Shown: positions 56,960-64,000 of the stretch, piece by piece
Layout: each line of letters starts with the position of its first letter
How positions within the stretch are numbered: position 1 is the stretch's first letter
NCBI GenBank assembly: GCA_964016885.1
Contig: OZ024741.1
Span: 277,264,001-277,328,000 of the forward strand
Source: Eledone cirrhosa
Taxonomy: Eukaryota
Length of the DNA: 64,000 nucleotides
Direction of reading: 5' to 3'
Program-made: the position numbers and the translations under genes
Notes under the pieces: generated by a model
What the model was told of the DNA's origin: nothing
Databases searched by the model: none
Seen by the model: only the letters and a program-made list of their open reading frames with translations

Positions 56960-59900
56960 AAACAGAGCACCAAAAACTTGTGGGCACCCTACAAGTGATA
57001 TGGAACGATATGTTTCAAGAGATACACAGCCTTAATGTGAGTGACAGACCATACAACACTAGAGTCAGTAAAGAACCCACTAAATTGGAATTGGAAGCGG
57101 TGAACGAAATAGCTGGCAATTATCTGAAGGCTATACGATCTAAAGGTGTAGAAACGACATTTGAAACGCTCAATGTTTTGTTATATGTTTCAGCTGTCAC
57201 ATTGCTATCATATAACACACATCTAAAACCACGCAATCAAGATACAAACAGAAAGCCTGAACCAGCGTGGATGCGAAATTTAAAAACCAAAATTTTGTCC
57301 CTGAGACGAAGTATCTCACACATCGCAGTCGTTATGAAATGCAACATAGAGAGAAACTTCACACGACACCAGGAAGACCTAAAGAAAAAGTTAGAGAGAC
57401 GATTTGGAGATACCAAATTTAAAACTTTGAACTCCAAATTACACCAGTTGAAACAACAACTCACAGCTACAACAGAAAGACTAAAATATAAGTCAACAGC
57501 CCATAAACGACAAGTGCTAAATAGATTGTTTGCCAGAGATCCTAAATCAGTTTATCGCAGCTTCGGTGGCAAAAGCTCAATCCCTGTAAACGACACCCCT
57601 TCAAAAGAACAGGTTGAGAACCACTGGAGATCTGTATGGGAAACGGATGACGGATTCAACAGACAAGCTAATTGGCTAAAACAACTGGAACAGGACTACT
57701 GCCAACATGTCCAGACAAAACAATATGACATAGATGGGTCAATACTGGAAACAGCTCTACAGAAAATGTCGAATAGGAAATCGCCAGGCCCAGACCTCAT
57801 TACAGGATACTGGTTGAAGAATTTCACTTTCTATCGGCAAGATCTCATACGGCTGTTTACAGAAACCATTAAGGGCACACAAGAACTGCCCAGATGGTTA
57901 TCAACTGCCACTACTCTCCTCATTCCCAAAAATAGCCAAACCACCCTTGCTAAAAATTACCGCCCAATTGCCTGCCAAAACATCATGTATAAATTATATA
58001 CTGGGTGCCTTAACCTGTTCTTACAGGATCACTGTGCTACCAACAACATCATAACAGCTGAGCAAGCTGGTGGAAAGAGGGAGGTGTGGGGTTGCATAGA
58101 TCACCTACTAACTAACAAAATGATTCAGGAAAAAACAACAAAGAATCGCAGAAACATGACTGTCGTGTGGCTGGACTATCAAAAAGCATTTGATAGTGTA
58201 CCTCATGGGTGGATTATTAAGGCTTTACAGTTAGCTAAAGTCCCACAACCATTAGTAGCTGCTGTTGAACGCCTGACCAAGAACTGGTACACCAATTTGA
58301 TCCTTAGAGGTGAGAAGGAGCAGGTTAAGACTGATAGGATACATTACCAGAAGGGCATCTTTCAGGGTGATAGCTTGTCAGTACTACTCTTCGTTCTCTC
58401 ACTGAATCCACTATCTTACCTACTCAGGAAACAAGGTGGACAAAGAAGTGGGCCCAGAAGTATCTCCCATCTTTTCTTTGTTGATGACCTGAAGTTGTAT
58501 GGGCCAAATATCAATGACATCAAGAAACAATTGGACCTCATTACACAATTTTCAACCGACATCAAAATGAAATTTGGTGAGTCCAAGTGTGCATATTTGG
58601 CAGTAAAACGTGGAAGAGCTGTGCCCTCCTCTAGAAATCTAGATATGAACGGCCTGACAATACAACCTCTGCAGTCAGGTGACAACTACAGATATCTTGG
58701 ACAGGATGAGAATGTCAGATATGATGGACCCATAAATAAGGAGAGAACCAGAACTGAATACCTCAGAAGAGTAAAAAAAATATGGTCATCAGAACTGTCA
58801 GCATACAACAAATACATTGCCCACAATACCTATGCTGTGCCAATTATAACGCCAACATTTGGCCTACTGAACTGGTCATTGCAAGAACTAAGTGAGATGG
58901 ATGTTAGAACTCGTAAACTTCTCAGTGTTACTGGGAACTTTAACATCAATGGTGATGTGGATAGGCTATACTTCTCACGCAAGGAAGGTGGCCGGGGTCT
59001 AAAATCAATATTAACAACATATGAGACCCGGATAGTAACACTGAAGCAACACCTTCAACAGAGGAAAAAGGTTGGCGACCATCTTGCTCAGGTTTATGAG
59101 CATGAAAAAAGAAATATCATTAGAATAGCGACTGATCTGGAGGAGAGATATGGAATAAAGCCTGATATAAATCTCTCACCCAGAGAAATCGGAAGATCCT
59201 ATTCAATGTTCAAACAAGAAAAAAAATTGACCAATTTACAGAGAAAGTTGTGCATGGATACTTGAGGCGTAAAACACAGACCATAGAGGGGATAAACCAC
59301 TCAAAAAGCCTGGCATGGAGTTCCGACAAGTTTATGACATCACACCTTGAGGGATATCTCTATGCAATACAGGAACAAGAACTCCCTACCAAATATCTGC
59401 TGCACAAAAGAGGAGGGCCAGCAGCTGACAATAAATGTAGGCTATGTAAAACAAAGATCGAGGATGTAAGCCACATTGTTGCCAGCTGCGAAAGAATGTC
59501 ATCTCGCTACTACCTCCCCATGAGACACGATGGGATAGCTAGAACTATCTGGAACGCACTTCGGAAAACAAAATTAACAACAAACGAGGAAGAATATATT
59601 GAGACAGATGGCACTAAGGAATACTGGTGGAACCTGAAAATAAAAACTGCCACCAAATTAAAGCACAACCGGCCTGATATTGTAGTTTGGGACCACACAT
59701 TGAAAACGTGTTCTGTTGTGGAGATCAGCTGCCCACTTGATGTAAACGTTGTCAGAAAAATACAGGAGAAGGAGGACATCTACGGACCATTGATGAGGAG
59801 CTTACAAATCCAGTATCCAAGATACACCTTTAGCTTCATACCCATCATTATTGGTGCTACGGGTTATATACCAACCCGCTTGGACCAAAGTATGACCGAA

Positions 59901-60090
59901 CTTGGATTTGCGGACAAAAAGCGCAGCTCCCTAATTCATAGTCTACAAATGGCTGCGATAGCTGGCACCTTCAAAATATGCAAAACATTCTTGCGATTCA
60001 AGGGATGACAATTTCTTTTCTTTTACAACCTTGCCACCAGGAAGGTGGCCGGTCAAAAAAATATACTCGAAATTAAGAGAAAGAGAAAAC
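56960..60090 (+). mobile_element. R4/Dong-clade non-LTR retrotransposon (RT plus REL endonuclease), 5'-truncated, one frameshift
   Basis: KSPGPD, NYRPIAC, WLDYQKAFDSVPH, GIFQGDSLS, FFVDDLKLY, RKEGGRGL; then CRLC..H..C, RHD, RPDIV..EISC; flanked by (ATAC)n. Confidence 0.9.
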
Positions 60091-60138
60091 ATACATACAT
60101 ACATACATACATACATACATACATACATACATACATAC

Positions 60139-60748
60139 ATGGTGGCTGCCAACTCGTTTTCGAGTACGGCCACTACTTTATATCCATGTAGGAGAACCCC
60201 TACCGATGCGCTGAACGAGTGTGACTTTTTAGTCCAGCCAGCGACTTGAAAACTCTGGTATAAACACTACACTTGTGACAATTATTGACACATAGTGCTG
60301 GGCCCTTGGTACCATGTGACGACAAGTGCAGAGAGATCTCCAGATATAAAGCAATGCCTGTGCCGTGAAGCTTTTATAGTGAGCAAAGGCACTGCACAAA
60401 GCCAGTCCCACTCTCTTAACCAAGATGATATTTACCAAAAAGAAGAACAAGTCAACATCATTGGATACCATCAGGGTTGCAGGTGTTATATCAGAGTTTT
60501 CCTTCTCCTAGAATTCTGCCTTGACAAAGGCTAAGGGGTCATCTCTCCCGGTGATTTTGGATCGCCATTGACTCTTAAGAGCTCCTTTGCCCTTTGACAG
60601 GTTTTGTTTTTAGTCCTGCAGGATGTCCAAAGTCACCCTCCTCACCAAGAAACCTTGGTGGGGTTGCCAGTTTAGTCGCCAACGACCCGACCATGGGACA
60701 GGTTGTACTGGAATACATGTTACCAGTAGCACCAACTGGTGACCTGAC
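60139..60748 (-). mobile_element. Non-autonomous retroposon (RTE-like), apparently full length about 610 bp, in (ATAC)n
   Basis: Three copies in window; TAAACTGGCAACC and GGAGAAGGAAAACTCTGA motifs recall RTE 5' UTRs; (GTAT)n tail. Confidence 0.75.
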
Positions 60749-60781
60749 ATACATACATACATACATACATACATACATACA

Positions 60782-60817
<36 letters not shown>

Positions 60818-60836
60818 TACTCATTTATATATACAC

Positions 60837-60939
<103 letters not shown>

Positions 60940-61057
60940 TGCGGATATTTTTATATATATGTGTGTATATATGTGTGCATATATATATAATGGTAGAACA
61001 CTGGAGGGTTATATTCGTAGTAGTAGTATATATATACATATATATACATATATATAT

Positions 61058-61368
61058 ATAAGTATGTATACGTACATACATATATGTATACAGACGTACA
61101 GTAGTATGTATATATATACATACATGCACACATATATATGTACGTATGGGTTTACCGAACATTTATTATAATGCTCGGTTTGTTTGTAAACAATCATCTG
61201 GCAGGAAGGTATACGATGCTGACGATAGCTAATAAGCTTGAAACTAGTACATCGTTCCTTTGTCAGTATTGAACAAAAGAGCAACTATGGTTGCTAAACA
61301 CTGTATGGCTTAATTCGCGCTCTTTGTTTACAAATAAACCGATCATTATAATAAATGTTCTGTAAACC

Positions 61369-61458
<90 letters not shown>

Positions 61459-61568
61459 TGTATGTATATATATATATACATACTACTGTACGTCTGTATA
61501 CATATATGTATGTACTTATACATACTTATATTTAAGTAACAGCCGCACTAAGAGTGAGAAATGAAATT
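61058..61568 (+). mobile_element. Family A HHR element with inverted partial copy
   Basis: 61058-61191 runs opposite to 61192-61568. Confidence 0.8.
61213..61255 (+). ncRNA. Minimal hammerhead (family A)
   Basis: ACGATG-CTGACGA-TAGCTAATAAGCTT-GAAA-CTAG-TA-CATCGT; perfect stem I. Confidence 0.85.
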
Positions 61569-62096
61569 ACTTTTCCATTTACACATATATATATATAATG
61601 AAAGAATGAAGAATAACATGGATAAGCTATACAGTAGGGTTTATTCCAAGTATTAATATATGTTTCATTGGCCAGTATGTGGCTGGATGCAATGATGACA
61701 CCCGATTTTAAATACTCCTTATACCAGTCAAATTATCAAAATACACACACACACACCCACACATATATATATATAAGTGGCTTCCTTGTTCAATCATCTT
61801 ACCAGAAGCCTGACATTATTTATGTAAGCGGACGGTACTTGATTTAGGAACCGCAGAAACCCAAATACTGGATTTTACCAACCTTCCAGGGGTCCGGGTA
61901 AATTTTCAATACCCGAATTACTTGATCGTTTTTGGGGGGCTATGCGAATAATTGTTTAACCATCGTCTCAGCGTGTTTGGGCTTTAACGTTTGTTATAGC
62001 TCTGGTTCATCTGAATCATTGAGCACTTGTCTCACATCTCGGAGGTTGTTTTTCGTTATTTCGTGGGCCGAAATGCGAATCTCGATAATTTATGTT

Positions 62097-62164
<68 letters not shown>

Positions 62165-62237
62165 TAATGCGTCTGACAGACATGCAAATGGACAGACTAA
62201 CAGACAGACTGACCGATAAATGGATAGAGAGATAAAT

Positions 62238-62423
62238 AATTGCTTCTACTTTTTGGTACAAGGCCAGCAATTACCCAGTGCACCACTGGTACTTTATTTT
62301 ATCCACCTCGTAAGGATGAAAGGCAAAGTTGACCTCGGCGGATTTGAACTCAGAACGCAAAGGGCCATAACTATGCTGCAAAACATGGTGTCTAACGCTC
62401 TACCGATACTGCCAAACCACTGC
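62238..62423 (-). mobile_element. tRNA-SINE
   Basis: Family body as at 2347. Confidence 0.8.
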
Positions 62424-62999
62424 CCTAGAGAGATAAATAATGTAAGTGGCTGCTTCTCAGACAAGGCTTTCTTCGGAAAGTAGACGGATAATAGAGAGAA
62501 AGATGTAGAAAGGAAGAAAAGGATTTAAGAAATGTTGCAATGACAGAATTTGACATTCAGTGTGTTTACATGGCACCTATATTTAATATATGCGTGCGTG
62601 TTTAATGTGTGTGTGAGTGTGTGAGTGAGTGTCTGTGTGTACGTGTGTGTGTGTGTATTCAATTCATGAACGCCAATCTTTCCTTTCTACGCCACTGATG
62701 TTGTCCAAGAGAAAGACAAAGGCCGATATAGCTTGGTACCAGTGACATCACAAATCATTTCAACAGCTGAGTTACTGAGCAACATGAAATAAAATGTTTT
62801 GCTCAAGGACACAACGCATATCCCGGTCTGAGAATTGAACTCACATGCGGCGTTTCTTTGTCACTTAGACCTAACAGAGCCAATCACTCTCCATGTCTCA
62901 ACAGAACTGATTTCTTTCAGAGGGGCGGGCGGTATAAAGAAATGTAGGTGAAGAATCGACCCCAGTACTAGACTAGTATTTTATTTATCAAACCCAAAT

Positions 63000-63287
63000 A
63001 ATTGTTTCTACTTTTGGCCCAAGGCCAGTACTTATCCCAGTGCATTACTGGTACTTTATTTTATCGACCCCGTAAGGATGAAAGGCAAAATTAACCTCTG
63101 CGGGATTTGAACTCAGACTGCAACGGTGCGTAATGCTGCAAAACATGGCGTCCCGACCCTCTACCGATACTGCCAATCCACCGCCAAATAATGAAAAGCA
63201 AAGTTGACTCCAGCAGAATTTGAACTCAGAGTGAAAACATCTGGAACGAATACTGCAAAGGAATTCTATCCGACGTCTTAACGACTC
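63000..63287 (-). mobile_element. tRNA-SINE nested in a related SINE
   Basis: Full copy at 63000-63185 followed by the remainder of a second, related copy. Confidence 0.75.
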
Positions 63288-63655
63288 GTTTCACGCTTTA
63301 ACCTTTTTGATACCAACTCTGCAACAACCACCCCTGCTTCTATGATGGAAACTCAACCATTTAAAGAGTTTCTTTTTAGATTAAAAACTTCCAACATAAT
63401 TTGATATAAGAAGTTTATTTTTTTGTCTTTTTGCTATGTTACAAATATCATCTCATTAATGAAATAATGAATAATTAAGTTTAACTAATCTTCCCTAATT
63501 CTCCATTAATTAATTGAAATAGAGTGTTTGGCAGGAATGTAATAATCAAAGGGTTAACATTAATATCAACTTCACTGAAACTACTTCAGAAATCATGATA
63601 TGGGTGTGCCTTTAACAGACCAATTAGGGAGAATATTCAAGAAGTCGCCTTATAT

Positions 63656-63720
<65 letters not shown>

Positions 63721-64000
63721 TATATACTGTATATATATATATACAAAACCCTATCAGAAAATATATACTGTATATATATATATATACAAAAATCTATCAG
63801 AAAATCAAGTGATCCGAACAGATATCCAAGAGGATGTTCAAGTAGAGTCCGGGTAAAAATCCATTTCCAGGGTACCTAGAGATGGTGATGTGAATGGACC
63901 TGTAATTTTTTCTCTAAAACACATTTTTTCGTTTCCGCCACTCCCAGTCTCCTTAATCTTTCTATTTCTTCTTTAATTTCTCATTCAATTTTCTGGTAAA

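Overview
Eukaryotic, repeat-dominated invertebrate DNA. The extreme (TA)n/(CA)n/(ATAC)n/(GATA)n density and SINE content suggest a coleoid cephalopod such as Octopus (inference, not verified). One host gene is visible: the first coding exon of a cholecystokinin/sulfakinin-type GPCR (45062-45596, +), whose intron runs off the window. The rest is transposon debris: Penelope-like elements (PLE), a near-intact R4/Dong-type LINE in (ATAC)n, a CRE-type LINE, RTE/Tx1/CR1-like fragments, two hAT transposons, non-autonomous Helitrons, tRNA-SINEs and over 12 kb of CAA/CAC/CTA low-complexity arrays whose long ORFs are artefacts. The main hidden signal is about 14 type I hammerhead ribozyme (HHR) motifs from about 9 unrelated families, plus degenerate and half motifs. 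They lie in short non-coding elements mostly embedded in (TA)n tracts; some form 416-550 bp tandem monomers resembling retrozymes or PLE pLTRs. Several foldback palindromes have their symmetry axis exactly on an HHR stem. All folds were done by eye and no searches were run.
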